64,000 nt of DNA, taken from assembly GCA_963784695.1 (NCBI GenBank), contig CAWARZ010000002.1:891680-955679 (forward strand), in the 5' to 3' direction. Shown here piece after piece: positions 19,703 to 30,327 of the stretch (position 1 is the stretch's first letter; each line of letters opens with the position of its first letter). The position numbers were made by a program, and so were the translations under genes. The notes beneath the pieces are model-generated. The model saw nothing but the letters and a program-made list of their open reading frames with translations, was not told the DNA's origin and did not search any database. The DNA comes from an uncultured Chloroflexia bacterium. GTDB taxonomy: Bacteria; Chloroflexota; Chloroflexia; QHBQ01; JAICKM01.

Positions 19703-20572
19703 CGGCGCCGGGCTATCTGGTCGTCGGGCACGTCGCGAAAGATCTGCTCGCCGGGGACCGGGTGGCGGCCGGCGGCACGGCCCTCTATGCCGGGCTCACG
19801 GCGCAGTTGCTCGGCGCCGAGGCGGCGATGGTGACCGCGCTCGCGCCCGCCGACGAGGCGCTGCTGCAGACGGCGCACCAGGCCGGCCTGCGCTGCCACG
19901 TCGAACCCTCGTCCGACGACGACGACCTACGCCCTGGACTACAGCGGCGAGGTCCGCCGCCTGCGCCTGGCCGGGCGGGCGACCCGCCTCACCCCGGCCG
20001 ACGTGCCGGCCGCCTGGCGCGAGGCGCCCATCCTGCACCTCGGCCCCGTCGCCGCCGAGATCGATTCGGCCGATGCCTGGGAAGCCTGCTGCCCCGGCGC
20101 GCTAATCGGCGTGACCCCCCAGGGCTGGCTCCGCACCTGGGACACTGCGGGCTGGACGCACCCCGCCCCCTGGCCGGGCGCCGCCGGCCTGCTGGCCCGC
20201 GTCGACGTGCTCGTGATGAGCGCCGAGGACGTGGGCAACGACCAGGAGGCGCTGATGGGCTACGTCCGCCTGGCCCGCATCGCCGTGGTCACCGCGGGCG
20301 CCGACGGCGCCACGATCTACGAGCGCGGGCGCTCGCTGGGCACCGTCCCGTCGTGCCACGCCCGCCCGATCGACTTCACGGGGGCCGGCGACGTCTTCAC
20401 GGCCGCCTTCTTGATCCACTATCACGAAACCGGGGACCTCTGGCGCGCGGCCCAGTTCGCGCACGCCGCCGCCGCCTTCGGCATCGAGGGCCGCGGCACC
20501 ACCGGCATCGCGCCGCGCCCGGCTGTCCTCGCCCGGATGCACGCATGTATGACGACACCATCGCCGCCATAG
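19699..20572 (+). CDS. PfkB-family carbohydrate/nucleoside kinase (ribokinase-like), with a +1 frameshift in a GACGACGACGAC run at approx 19910..19925.
   Basis: N-terminal GHVAKDLL...GG.A.YAG (frame 1). The C-terminal frame has FTGAGDVFTAAFL (PfkB signature 2). Confidence 0.65.
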
Positions 20573-21963
20573 CCACCCCGCCCGGCCTGGGCGGCATCGG
20601 CACGGTCCGGGTCAGCGGTCCGGACGCGCTGCCCGTGCTGCGCGGGCTGTTCGTGCGGCGCTCGGGCCGCCCGCTCGCCCCCGACCGGCCGCCCCCCGCA
20701 CACCATCTCATATACGGCTACATCCAGGACCCGGCAACCGGCGAGCGCGTCGACGAAGTCCTGGCCGCCTACATGCCCGCGCCCCACAGCTACACCTGTG
20801 AGGACGTGGTCGAGATCGACAGCCACGGCGGCCCCGTGCCCCTGCAGCGCATCCTCGGCCTGGCGTTGCGTCAGGGCGCGCGCCTGGCCACGCCCGGCGA
20901 GTTCACGCTGCGCGCCTTCCTGCACGGCCGCATCGACCTGGCCCAGGCCGAGGCCGTGCTCGATGTGATCAACGCGCGCACGGCCGAGGGCTTGCGCGCC
21001 GCCGTCGACCAGTTGGGCGGCCGCCTCTCGGCGCGTGTGCGCGAGTTCCGCGCGCGGCTGCTGCGGGTGCTCGCCCAGTTGGAAGCCGAGATCGACTTCC
21101 CCGAGGACGACGTGCCGCCGCGCGACATCACCCCGCTGCTGGCGCCGCTCGTCACGGAGATCGAGAGTTCTGGCGCGCGAGGCCGACAGTGGCATGCTGA
21201 TCCGCCAGGGGGTGCGTACCGCCCTGCTGGGCCGGCCCAACGCCGGCAAGTCGAGCCTGCTCAACGCGCTGCTGCGCGCCGACCGCGCCATCGTCACCCC
21301 GATCCCCGGCACCACGCGCGACACGCTGGAGGAAACCGCCAACCTGGCCGGCATCCCCTTCGTGCTGACCGACACGGCGGGCATCACCGAGACGGCCGAC
21401 CTGGTGGAACAGCTGGGCGTGGAGCGCAGCAAGGCGGCGGCCGGCCGCGCCGACCTCGTGCTGCTGGTGATCGATCAGGCGCAGGCGCTGACCGCCGCCG
21501 ACCAGGCCGCGCTTGCGGGCGTCTTCGCCGAGGCCGAAGGCGGACCCGGCGGCGCCGGCTGGCGCGACCGCCTGCTCGTGGTGCTCAACAAGCGCGATCT
21601 GCCCGCCCGGACCGCCCCCGCCGACCTGGCCCCGCTGCTGCCGGGCGTGCCCGTCGTGGCCGCCTCGGCGGTCGCTCCCGGCGGCATCGCCGCGCTGGAG
21701 GCCGCCATGGTGGAGCGCGTGCACGCGGGCCGCACAAGCGGCGGCGCGGCCCCGCTCGTCACCAACGTGCGCCACCGCGACGCGCTGCGGCAGGCCGTCG
21801 ACCACCTGACCGCTGCTGCCGGCGCCGCTGCCGCGGGGACGCCCGCCGCCTTCGTCGCCGTCGACATCCACGCAGCGCTGAACGCGCTCGGCACGATCAC
21901 CGGCGAGACGGTCGGCGAGGACCTGCTCGACGCAATCTTCCGCGAGTTCTGTATCGGGAAGTA
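20554..21963 (+). CDS. mnmE: tRNA uridine-5-carboxymethylaminomethyl modification GTPase MnmE, with a +1 frameshift at approx 21160..21170.
   Basis: N-terminal MYDDTIAAIATPPGLGGIGTVRVSG. The G-domain and C-terminus lie in the 21035..21964 frame (GRPNAGKSSLLNALL ... FREFCIGK*). One extra base in GAGATCGAGAGTTCTGG joins the frames. Confidence 0.85.
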
Positions 21964-21970
21964 AGCTGCC

Positions 21971-24262
21971 TCAGGCGGGGCGATCGAGCGGCAGGGTAAA
22001 GCGGAAGGTGCTGCCCTGCCCGGGCACGCTCTCGACGTCGATATCGCCGCCGTGCCACTCGACGATCTGCCGGCTGATGTAGAGGCCAAGGCCCAGGCCC
22101 GCTCGCGTATTCTGCCGCCCGGCGGCCCCCCGGTAGAAGCGCTCGAACAGCCGCGCCGCATCCTCCGGTGCCAGCCCAGGCCCCTGATCTGCGACTTCCA
22201 CGCGCGCCACGCCCGGCGCGGGCACCTGCAGGCGCACCCGCACCGTGCTGCCCTCCGGCGAGTACTTCACGGCATTGCTGATCAGGTTGCTGATCACCTG
22301 CTCGATACGCCGCCGATCGAACGTGCCGGGCACCGGCCCCGGCACGTCCACGAGCAGCCGGTGGCGCGGCCCGGCCGCGCGCGCCGCCTCGACCGCGTCG
22401 CGCACCACCTCCGCCAGGTCCGCCGGGGCGGGCGCGTACTCGAAGCGGCCGCTCTGCAGTCCCGACAGGTCGAGCAGGTCGTCGACGAGCAGGTTGAGGC
22501 GCTCGGCCTGCCCCACGATCATGGCGAGGCGGCGCAGGTCGTGCGCCAGCGCGTCGTCGCCCGGCGGGCGCGCCCCGACGGCGCGGCGCAGCCGGCGCTG
22601 CATGACCTGTGCGGTGCCCTTGATCGTCGTCAGCGGCGTGCGGAGCTCGTGCGAGACCATCGACAGGAACTCGTCCTTGGCCCGCTGCGCCTCGCGCTCG
22701 CTCTGGTACAGTTGGGCGTTGCGGATGGCGACGGCCGCCTGGTTGGCGATCGTGGTGAGCAGGCTGAGGTCGTCGGGCCGGTAGGCGTGCGCGCCGTAGG
22801 ACTGGGTCGACATCGCGCCGAGCACGCGGCCCTCGAAGATGAGCGGCACCATCAGCAGCGATTCGGCAGCGCGCGCGGCCGGGCCGAAGGTCTCGGGCGT
22901 GATCGGGAGCTCGTGCCGGTCGCCCACGACCAGGGGCTGCCGGGTGCGGATCACGTAGCCGGTCAGCCCTTCGCCGAGCGGCCGGCTAAACGGCGGGAAC
23001 TGCTCCCCGGCGTCCCGTAGGAACGCGTAATGGACCTGGCCGGCGGGCTCGTCGTAGAGCGCGACGAGGAACGCCTCGGCCGGCATCACTTTGCGCACCT
23101 GCGCGTAGCACGTCTCGAACAGCTGCTGCGGATCGAGCGCGGCCGAGATGCGCCGCGCGATCTGCGCGACCGTGGCCAGGCGGTCGGCGCGCGCCTGCAT
23201 CTCGTCGAAGAGGCGGGCGCGCTCCACGGCGACCGCGCAGCGGTCGGCCACTTCAGCCAGCAACGCCAGGTCGCGCCCACTGAAAACGTGCTTGCTACTG
23301 CTGTTCACCTGCAGGATGCCGATCACGCGGCCCTCGGCACGCAGCGGGGCGGCCATGTAGGCGCCCATGCGCCGGTTGGTGCCCGTGCGCCGCATGGCAG
23401 GGCGCACGCTGGGCTCGTCGTCGAGGTCGTTGCTCAGGTAGGGCCGGCCGTGCTGCGCCACCCAGCCGGAGATGCCCATACCAACCGGCATGCGCACCCG
23501 GCGCGCCGCCTCGTCCACCTCGCCGTAGGTCGCGCGGATGACCAGGTCGTCCTGCGCCGTGCGCAGGGCAATCGCGCCGCCGTCGAAGGGAATCACCGCG
23601 CGCAGCTGGGCCAGCGTCTGGGTCAGGATCTCTTCGAGGCTGAGGCTGGAGGAGATGACCTCCGAGATCCGATCGAGCAGCCGCACCTCCGCCATGCCGC
23701 GATTGGCCTGGCGCCGCAGCACCGCGAGCTCGAGCGCCTGGCCGCAGAGCCGCGCCAGCACCTCGTAGGCCTGCGTGCCCGTGGGCGAGACCGGCTGGGC
23801 CAGGCTCAGGGCGAGCACCCCGGCCGCGGGCCCGGCCGCAAGCGGCAGCAGCAGCCAGGGGCCGGGCAGCGTCACATCCGCATCCCCTGCCCACTCTAGC
23901 GGCGCCGCACGCCCCGCCGCCTCGGCCAGCAGGGGCGCCGGCAGCGGCGGGCTCGGCGGCTGGGCCGGCAGGATGGCACGCAAGCCCGGCTCCGGCGCCG
24001 ATCCGCGCAGGTCCGACTCCCCGGTCGTATCGCCCCACAGGTAGACGTGAGCCAGGCGCACGTCGGCCACGCCAAGATCACGGGCCAGGCTGACCGTGGC
24101 CTCCAGGGCGGCTTCGAGACTGTGCGGATCGGGTAGGGCGGCGGCCGCACGCGTCAGGGCCCGCAGCGACTCGCCCGCGCCGGGCGATATCCGCTTCTCC
24201 TCGTCCAACACCGTGGGCCTCCTCTCAGGCGTTGCCGCCGATCGATCACGCCAGTATACCAC
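21971..24262 (-). CDS. Multi-GAF sensor histidine kinase (HisKA + HATPase_c).
   Basis: Three GAF-like segments, H-box SHELRTPLTTIKG, N/G boxes of HATPase_c. Confidence 0.85.
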   Translation of the reverse strand: MVYWRDRSAATPERRPTVLDEEKRISPGAGESLRALTRAAAALPDPHSLEAALEATVSLARDLGVADVRLAHVYLWGDTTGESDLRGSAPEPGLRAILPAQPPSPPLPAPLLAEAAGRAAPLEWAGDADVTLPGPWLLLPLAAGPAAGVLALSLAQPVSPTGTQAYEVLARLCGQALELAVLRRQANRGMAEVRLLDRISEVISSSLSLEEILTQTLAQLRAVIPFDGGAIALRTAQDDLVIRATYGEVDEAARRVRMPVGMGISGWVAQHGRPYLSNDLDDEPSVRPAMRRTGTNRRMGAYMAAPLRAEGRVIGILQVNSSSKHVFSGRDLALLAEVADRCAVAVERARLFDEMQARADRLATVAQIARRISAALDPQQLFETCYAQVRKVMPAEAFLVALYDEPAGQVHYAFLRDAGEQFPPFSRPLGEGLTGYVIRTRQPLVVGDRHELPITPETFGPAARAAESLLMVPLIFEGRVLGAMSTQSYGAHAYRPDDLSLLTTIANQAAVAIRNAQLYQSEREAQRAKDEFLSMVSHELRTPLTTIKGTAQVMQRRLRRAVGARPPGDDALAHDLRRLAMIVGQAERLNLLVDDLLDLSGLQSGRFEYAPAPADLAEVVRDAVEAARAAGPRHRLLVDVPGPVPGTFDRRRIEQVISNLISNAVKYSPEGSTVRVRLQVPAPGVARVEVADQGPGLAPEDAARLFERFYRGAAGRQNTRAGLGLGLYISRQIVEWHGGDIDVESVPGQGSTFRFTLPLDRPA

Positions 24263-24476
24263 AGCGGGCCTGCCCGGCGCACGATTTCACGCCCCGGCGT
24301 GGCACTTTTCTTGCGCAGGGGCATGCTGCCGGATATACTGGCGCCGGACCATACCCCGGGCAACCGCTCCTACCCCTGCTCCGTTGACTCAGCATGGCGG
24401 CCTGCGGCGCCCTGGGCCCTGCGTCCCCGCTTAGCGTCACCGCGAACATCGTGACATCTTGAGAGGAGCTTTCTGC

Positions 24477-26321
24477 ATGCACGTAGTGCGTAACCTGGCC
24501 GGATCCCGCGTGGTGGGCCTCATCCTGCTGGCCCTGCTGGTGGTGCCCGTCGCGGGCCTGCCTGCCGCTCCGGCCGCTGCGGCGACCCAGGTGCCCGGCA
24601 ACTGGGAAAAAGGGTTCGTCATGATCGGCTACGCGGCGAACCCCTACAACCCGGCCAACGTCCCCGCCGCGCTCGCCAAGCTACACGACACGGGCGCCAA
24701 CATCGTCGCGCTCGCCCCGATCTGGTTCATGACCGACCCCAACGCCACGACGATGGCCCCCGTGCCCGCGCGCGGCACCCCCTCCGACGACTCGCTGGTC
24801 GCCGCGATCCAGGAGGCGCATCGCCAGGGCCTGCGCGTGATGCTGCGGCCCTATATCGACCTGGTCGACGGGAGCTGGCGTGCCCAGATCACGCCCAGCA
24901 ACCCCAGTGCCTGGTTCGCCAACTACCAGGCCTTCCTCGACCACTACCTTGACATCGCGAATAGCCAGGGGGTCGAGGAGTTCACGGTCGGCGTCGAGCT
25001 GATCAGCATGACCCAGCCGCAGTACGCGAATCAGTGGCGGGCGCTGATCGCCCACGTGCGCAGCCGCTACAACGGCACCCTCACCTACTCGGCCAACTGG
25101 GGCAAGCACACCGACAACGAATATAAGCAGATCACCTGGTGGGACGCGCTCGACTATATCGGTCTGTCGGCCTACTTCCCCCTCTCGCTGAACAACGTGC
25201 CCAGCGCCGACGCGCTCGTGCAGGGCTGGACGCACTACACCGACCAGGTCGGACAGACGTATGACTGGGTGAGCGAGATCAAGGCGACCGCCGACCAGTA
25301 CCACAAACCCGTCGTCTTCACCGAGATCGGCTTCGGCTCCTACGCGAACTCGCCCGCCCGCTGGGACGAGACCGCCGAGACGAATCAGCTGAGCCTGGCC
25401 ACCCAGGAGCACGCCGTGGCAGCCACCTTGCAGGTCTGGAGCCAGCAGCCCTGGTTCCACGGCGTCTTCTGGTGGCACTGGGAGCCCTACGTCGGCGCCG
25501 GAGGCGCGCAAGACCCCACCGACACGCTGAACAACAAGCCCGCCGTGGCCACGATCACGCAGTGGTTTGGCGGGGCGGCTCCTCCGCCCACCGCCGCGCC
25601 CACCCCACCGGCGGGGCCCACTCCGCCGCCGGCCACCCCGCCGCCGGGCCCGCCCCAGCAGCCGCCGTCGCAGCCCGTGCCACCTGGCCCGGTGCACCCG
25701 GCCCCCGCGCCCGGCAGCGCCGGGGTGAACAACGCGGCGTTCGCCGCCATGCCCTCGCCCGGCCCGGATACCGACTCGCAGGTCTACTTCCCGCAGACGG
25801 GCCACATCCTGCGCGCCGAGTTCCTGGCGTACTGGCGCAGCCACGGCGGTCTGGCGCAATTCGGCTATCCGATCTCCGAAGCCTACCAGGAGACGAACCC
25901 GACCGACGGCAAAGTCTACATCGTCCAGTACTTCGAGCGGCAGCGCTTCGAGTACCACCCCGAGCTCCCACCGGCCTTCCACGTGGAGCTCGGGCTGCTG
26001 GGCGTGGCCCTGGTGCACGGGCAGAGCAGCGGGCCGTACGCGACGGTGCCCTCGCCCGGCCCGGACACGGCCGACCGGGTATACTTCTCCCAGACCGGCC
26101 ACACCTTGAGCGGGGCCTTCCTGACCTACTGGCGCGGCCACGGCGGGCTGCCGATGTTCGGCTACCCGCTCAGCGAGCCGTTCTCCGAGGTCTCAAGCAC
26201 CGACCACAAGACGTACACCGTGCAGTATTTCGAGCGCGCGCGCTTCGAACTGCATCCGGAGAACAACCCGCCGTTCAACGTGCTGCTCGGCTTCCTCGGC
26301 CACTGGTACGCCGGCAAGTAG
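24477..26321 (+). CDS. Secreted TIM-barrel glycoside hydrolase (GH5/GH113-like) with a Pro-rich linker and C-terminal tandem LGFP repeats.
   Basis: Signal peptide. Catalytic-like VVFTEIGF. PPPTAAPTPP linker. Two approx 95-aa units, each with ...YW.SHGGLAQFGYPISEAY...DGKVY.VQYFERARFE.HPE (LGFP-type). Promoter TTGCGC-17-TATACT and RBS GAGAGGAG upstream. Confidence 0.75.
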   Translation: MHVVRNLAGSRVVGLILLALLVVPVAGLPAAPAAAATQVPGNWEKGFVMIGYAANPYNPANVPAALAKLHDTGANIVALAPIWFMTDPNATTMAPVPARGTPSDDSLVAAIQEAHRQGLRVMLRPYIDLVDGSWRAQITPSNPSAWFANYQAFLDHYLDIANSQGVEEFTVGVELISMTQPQYANQWRALIAHVRSRYNGTLTYSANWGKHTDNEYKQITWWDALDYIGLSAYFPLSLNNVPSADALVQGWTHYTDQVGQTYDWVSEIKATADQYHKPVVFTEIGFGSYANSPARWDETAETNQLSLATQEHAVAATLQVWSQQPWFHGVFWWHWEPYVGAGGAQDPTDTLNNKPAVATITQWFGGAAPPPTAAPTPPAGPTPPPATPPPGPPQQPPSQPVPPGPVHPAPAPGSAGVNNAAFAAMPSPGPDTDSQVYFPQTGHILRAEFLAYWRSHGGLAQFGYPISEAYQETNPTDGKVYIVQYFERQRFEYHPELPPAFHVELGLLGVALVHGQSSGPYATVPSPGPDTADRVYFSQTGHTLSGAFLTYWRGHGGLPMFGYPLSEPFSEVSSTDHKTYTVQYFERARFELHPENNPPFNVLLGFLGHWYAGK

Positions 26322-26451
26322 CACCCCGATGGGCGCACGGCGTGCGGCACGCCGTGCGCCCGCCGCGCGGCGGCTGAACCGGTGCGGGCCGGATCCGGGG
26401 TCGTCAGTACAACGACACGGCGCGCCGCGCCGGCTAGAGAGAAACGCCACC

Positions 26452-28761
26452 TTGTCTAGAACCTCCGACCGGACGCGGCTGCGTGCCGCGGTCGCCGGCC
26501 TGTTGCTCCTGCTGACCGTCCTGGTGCTTGCCGTGGGCGCGGCCGCCGGCCGGGCAGCCCCGGCCGCCGCCACGGTCGGCCCGAACGTGCGCCTCAACAG
26601 CGCCACGACCGACCAGCAGCAGGAGCCGACGCTGGCCATCGATCCGGCGAACCCGCGGATCATCCTCGCCGCGGCCAAAGACTGGCGTAGCGGCCAGAAA
26701 GAGGTCTGGAACTACCGCTCGACCGACGGCGGCGCCACCTGGGCCGACAGCCACCTGCCCGGCCTGCCGGCCAATCTGCCCAATCAGAGCGACCCAATCG
26801 TCCTCTTCGATGCAACCGGCGTCGCCTACACCGCCATTATCGGCTACAACCAGGCCGACTTCTCGCTCGGCGGCCTCTTCGTCGCGCGCAGCACCGACGG
26901 CGGCGCCACCTGGGGCCGGCCGGTGCAGGCAGCCCAGAACAGCGATCGCATCTTCAACGACAAGCCCTGGCTGACCGTTGACCGCAGCCCCACCGGGACG
27001 CGCGGCACGCTCTACCTGACCTGGACGCGCTTCACCACGATCTCAGCCCAGCAGGAGCGCGCGGACATCGTGGAGGTAAGCTCGACCGACGGCGGCGCCA
27101 CCTGGAGCGCCACGGTGCAGGTCAGCCGGGCGAGCGACCAGACCAACGTGCAGGGCTCCTATCCCGCCGTGGGCCCCGACGGCGCTCTGCACGTCCTCTA
27201 CTTCGACAACACGGCTACGCCCGCGCTCTGGGTCGCCGCGAGCGCCGACCGCGGCGCGACCTTCGCCGCGCCCGCGCGCGTCGCCGACGTCCACCTGCCG
27301 CCCTCCCCCTTGCCCACCAGCAAGTTCCGCATCTTCGTGCTGCCCGTGCTGGCGATCGATCCGACCGACGGCGCCCTCGCTGCCACCTGGAACGACTACC
27401 CCGGCAACAGCGACGTGCTGCTGACCGCCTCCCATGACGGCGGCGGCACCTGGGGTACGCCCGTGCGCGTGAACGAGGACACCACGACGACCGACCAGTT
27501 CTTCCCCACGGCGACCTTCGGCCCCGACGGCCGCCTGCACGTCGCCTGGCTTGACCGCCGCGACGACCCGCACAATCTGACCTTCTCCTGCTACTACGCC
27601 CAGTCCTCAGACGACGGCGCGACCTTCAGCGCGAACGTGCGCCTGGCGACAGCCCAGAGCGACCCCAGCATCGGCTTCCAGGGCACGCTCATCGGCGACT
27701 ACATCGCGGCCGACGCGACCGCGGGCCGCGCCTGGGTCGCCTGGGTCGACACGCGCGGCGGCACGCAGGATATCTACGGTGCGGCGATCACCGGCACCGT
27801 GCCCGCGCCTCCGACGGCCGCGCCGACGCCGCTCCCCACGACACCCGCCGCCACGCCCGCGACGACGCCGGGCGCCACGCCGAGCGCCACCCCGACCGGC
27901 GGCAGCACCTTCGTCGACCCGGCGTTCGCCCGCGTCTGGGCGCGCGCCGACCTGCCGGTGCAGCAGGGCGTCGCCGCCCGGCCCTGGCTCTGGGGCCCCG
28001 CGCCCTTCGCTGCGGGCAACGAGGCCTACCTGCAAGGCGTCAACGGCCACCGGCTGGTGCAGTATTTCGACAAAGCGCGCATGGAGATCAACGACCCGAC
28101 CGCCGATCCGAACAGCCCCTGGTATGTGACCAACGGGCTGCTCGTGGTCGAGATGATGACCGGGCGGGTGCAGATCGGCAACACGGAATACGAGGCGCAG
28201 ACCTACGCGCCGAACGCCGTGCCGGTCGCGGGCGACATCAACAGCCCGGACGCGCCAAGCTATGCCGCGCTGGCCCACCTCGCCTCCCTACACGGCGACA
28301 ATCACCAGGACGACCGCACCGGCCAGGTGGTCGACGGCATCGTCGACGCCACGGGCAGCCTGACGCCTGGCACGCCGCCGATCGCTGCCGCCGCGCAGGT
28401 GCACGACGCGCACTACGACGTGGCCCTGGGCCACAACATCCCGGACATCTTCTGGGCTTTCATGCAGCAGCAGGGCCCGATCGCGGTGAATGGGCAGATT
28501 CAGCAGGGCCAGGTCGTCGACCCGCTGTTCGACTTCGGCCATCCGATCACGGAAGCCTACTGGGCGCGGCTGCGGATCGCCGGTCAGGACCACTGGGCGC
28601 TCATCCAGGCGTTCCAGCGCCGCGTGCTGACCTATGTGCCCGACAATGCGCCACCGTGGCAGGTTGAGATGGCGAACGTCGGCCGGCAGTACTACGACTG
28701 GCGATACGGGGCGCAATCGCCCCTCGCCACGCTGCGCGGCGACATGGACGAGGATCGCTGA
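26452..28761 (+). CDS. Secreted BNR/Asp-box repeat protein (sialidase/exo-alpha-sialidase superfamily beta-propeller) with a C-terminal LGFP-like segment.
   Basis: Signal peptide LLLLLTVLVLAVGAAAG. At least five Asp-boxes (STDGGATW, SHDGGGTW, SSDDGATF). C-terminal HRLVQYFDKARMEINDP. TTG 26452 is the suggested start; the track start 26329 is too far upstream. Confidence 0.7.
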   Translation: MSRTSDRTRLRAAVAGLLLLLTVLVLAVGAAAGRAAPAAATVGPNVRLNSATTDQQQEPTLAIDPANPRIILAAAKDWRSGQKEVWNYRSTDGGATWADSHLPGLPANLPNQSDPIVLFDATGVAYTAIIGYNQADFSLGGLFVARSTDGGATWGRPVQAAQNSDRIFNDKPWLTVDRSPTGTRGTLYLTWTRFTTISAQQERADIVEVSSTDGGATWSATVQVSRASDQTNVQGSYPAVGPDGALHVLYFDNTATPALWVAASADRGATFAAPARVADVHLPPSPLPTSKFRIFVLPVLAIDPTDGALAATWNDYPGNSDVLLTASHDGGGTWGTPVRVNEDTTTTDQFFPTATFGPDGRLHVAWLDRRDDPHNLTFSCYYAQSSDDGATFSANVRLATAQSDPSIGFQGTLIGDYIAADATAGRAWVAWVDTRGGTQDIYGAAITGTVPAPPTAAPTPLPTTPAATPATTPGATPSATPTGGSTFVDPAFARVWARADLPVQQGVAARPWLWGPAPFAAGNEAYLQGVNGHRLVQYFDKARMEINDPTADPNSPWYVTNGLLVVEMMTGRVQIGNTEYEAQTYAPNAVPVAGDINSPDAPSYAALAHLASLHGDNHQDDRTGQVVDGIVDATGSLTPGTPPIAAAAQVHDAHYDVALGHNIPDIFWAFMQQQGPIAVNGQIQQGQVVDPLFDFGHPITEAYWARLRIAGQDHWALIQAFQRRVLTYVPDNAPPWQVEMANVGRQYYDWRYGAQSPLATLRGDMDEDR

Positions 28762-28767
28762 CGCCGC

Positions 28768-29997
28768 TCAGCCGCGGGCGCGCAGCCGGCGGCGGGCGGC
28801 GCCGAGCGCCGTGAGGAAGGCCGCCGCACCGTCGGCCCAGCGGTAAGAAGCCGCCGCCCGCGCGGCCCCGGCCGCGCCCAGGCGGCGCCGGAGGCCGGGG
28901 TCGGCGGCCAGCCGCGCGATCGCCGCGCCCACTCCCTCGGCCGTGGCAGGCACGAGGTAGCCGGTCTCGCCGTCGACCACCGTCGCGGTCGGCCCGCCCT
29001 CGGCCACGGCCACGACCGGCAGACCCAGCGTGGCCGCCTCGATCACCGAGAGGCCAAAGCTCTCCTGGAGGCCCGTGTGCACGTACAGGTCGGCGGCCGC
29101 GTAACAGGCGGGCAACGCTGCCTCAGGCACGAATCCGGCGAAGTGCACCGCGTCCTCCAGGCCCAGGCGCGCCGCCAGCGCGCCCAGCGCCTCCCGCTCG
29201 GGCCCCAGGCCCACCACCACCCCGCCCACGTCCGCCCCGGCGGCCCGCGCCGCGGCCAGTGCCTCCAGGAACAGGTCGATGCGCTTGCGCGGGTGCAGGT
29301 GGTTCACCGTGATCGCCAGCGGGCGGACTCCCAGGCCGAAGCCGCGGCGCGCGGCGGCGATTGCCTCCGGCGCGGGCGACGCGAAGTCGACCCCATGCGG
29401 GATGACGGCCGCGGCGCGGCCATACGCGCGCTCGAGCAGCGACGCGCCGAAGGGGCTGTTGGCCAGCAGCGCGTCAGCCGCGCCCACCAGGCGCCGATCC
29501 ACCCCCCGATACAGCCACACGAGCAGGCGGAGCAGTGGCGCCGCCCGGCCGAGGCGCCGGCTGATCGCCGCCGTGTCGCTGTAGATCACGCGCGGCGGCT
29601 CGAAGCAGAAGTAGAGACAGGGGATGTCGCGGCGCCGCCGCAGGGGCAACAGCACGCGCTTGGTCCACCAGAGCGCGGGCAGGCTGGGCGGGCCGAAGAA
29701 GCAGAAGCCGGCAACCGGCCGCAGGGGCGGCAGCCGGCGCAGCAGCCAGGGGCCGAGCAGGTATTCGAGCGCCGCGTCGACGTAGTGGCGGCCGGTCCAC
29801 TCCAGCCGCCGGCCCGTCTCGACGACGCGCACGCCGGGGCCCACGTCGGGCCGGCAGGCGGGAGCCAGGCGATGCGTCAGCAGCGTGACGCCCACGCCGC
29901 GGGCCTGCACGTAGGTGGCGAGCTTGAGGATCAGGCGCTCGGCGCCCGTCAGCTTCTTGAGTCGCGGATAGAAGAAGACGACGCGGCTATTGGCCAC
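28768..29997 (-). CDS. Glycosyltransferase family 4 (GT-B, retaining).
   Basis: EX7E-type motif [20 protein letters not shown]...[18 protein letters not shown]. Confidence 0.85.
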   Translation of the reverse strand: MANSRVVFFYPRLKKLTGAERLILKLATYVQARGVGVTLLTHRLAPACRPDVGPGVRVVETGRRLEWTGRHYVDAALEYLLGPWLLRRLPPLRPVAGFCFFGPPSLPALWWTKRVLLPLRRRRDIPCLYFCFEPPRVIYSDTAAISRRLGRAAPLLRLLVWLYRGVDRRLVGAADALLANSPFGASLLERAYGRAAAVIPHGVDFASPAPEAIAAARRGFGLGVRPLAITVNHLHPRKRIDLFLEALAAARAAGADVGGVVVGLGPEREALGALAARLGLEDAVHFAGFVPEAALPACYAAADLYVHTGLQESFGLSVIEAATLGLPVVAVAEGGPTATVVDGETGYLVPATAEGVGAAIARLAADPGLRRRLGAAGAARAAASYRWADGAAAFLTALGAARRRLRARG

Positions 29998-30205
29998 CGC
30001 CCGGGGCCGCCTCCTGATCCGCGGCCGGCTTGGTCATGCGCGCCTCGTCGATCAGCATGACCGGGATGCCGTCGCGCACGGGGTAGGCGCGCCCGCACTC
30101 GGGGCAGATCAGCTCCTGGCCCTCCAGGTGGACCTTCGTATGGTCCACGGGGCACACCAGGATATCCAGGAGATCCTGCGGGATTTCGTCGACATTCGAG
30201 CTCAT
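29987..30205 (-). CDS. Trm112 family zinc-ribbon protein (UPF0434/YcaR).
   Basis: [51 protein letters not shown]. Overlaps the GT4 start. Confidence 0.7.
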   Translation of the reverse strand: MSSNVDEIPQDLLDILVCPVDHTKVHLEGQELICPECGRAYPVRDGIPVMLIDEARMTKPAADQEAAPGGGQ

Positions 30206-30327
30206 GGTTCTCCTCCAGGGCAACAGGATCGCCGCCGCGGCCCCGCGGGACCGCCCGGCGGGCCGATCAGGCCGGCCACGGGCATTATACGCCATCCGCG
30301 CGGCGGGGGCCACACGCCGGGCGCCAC

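Noticed and set aside
17421-21963. Interpretation of the split conserved genes as a cluster of genuine pseudogenes
   Set aside because: The genes are essential (yidC, mnmE, nusG, sdhA). All breaks are single +1 events with intact coding signal on both sides. The direction is uniform, which points to a technical insertion bias.
19456-21999. 847-aa ORF spanning the jag 3' end, the pfkB kinase and mnmE
   Set aside because: It is open only because of high GC. Its N-terminal two thirds is out of frame with the real genes (Arg/Pro/Gly-rich nonsense). Only the MnmE N-domain segment is genuine.
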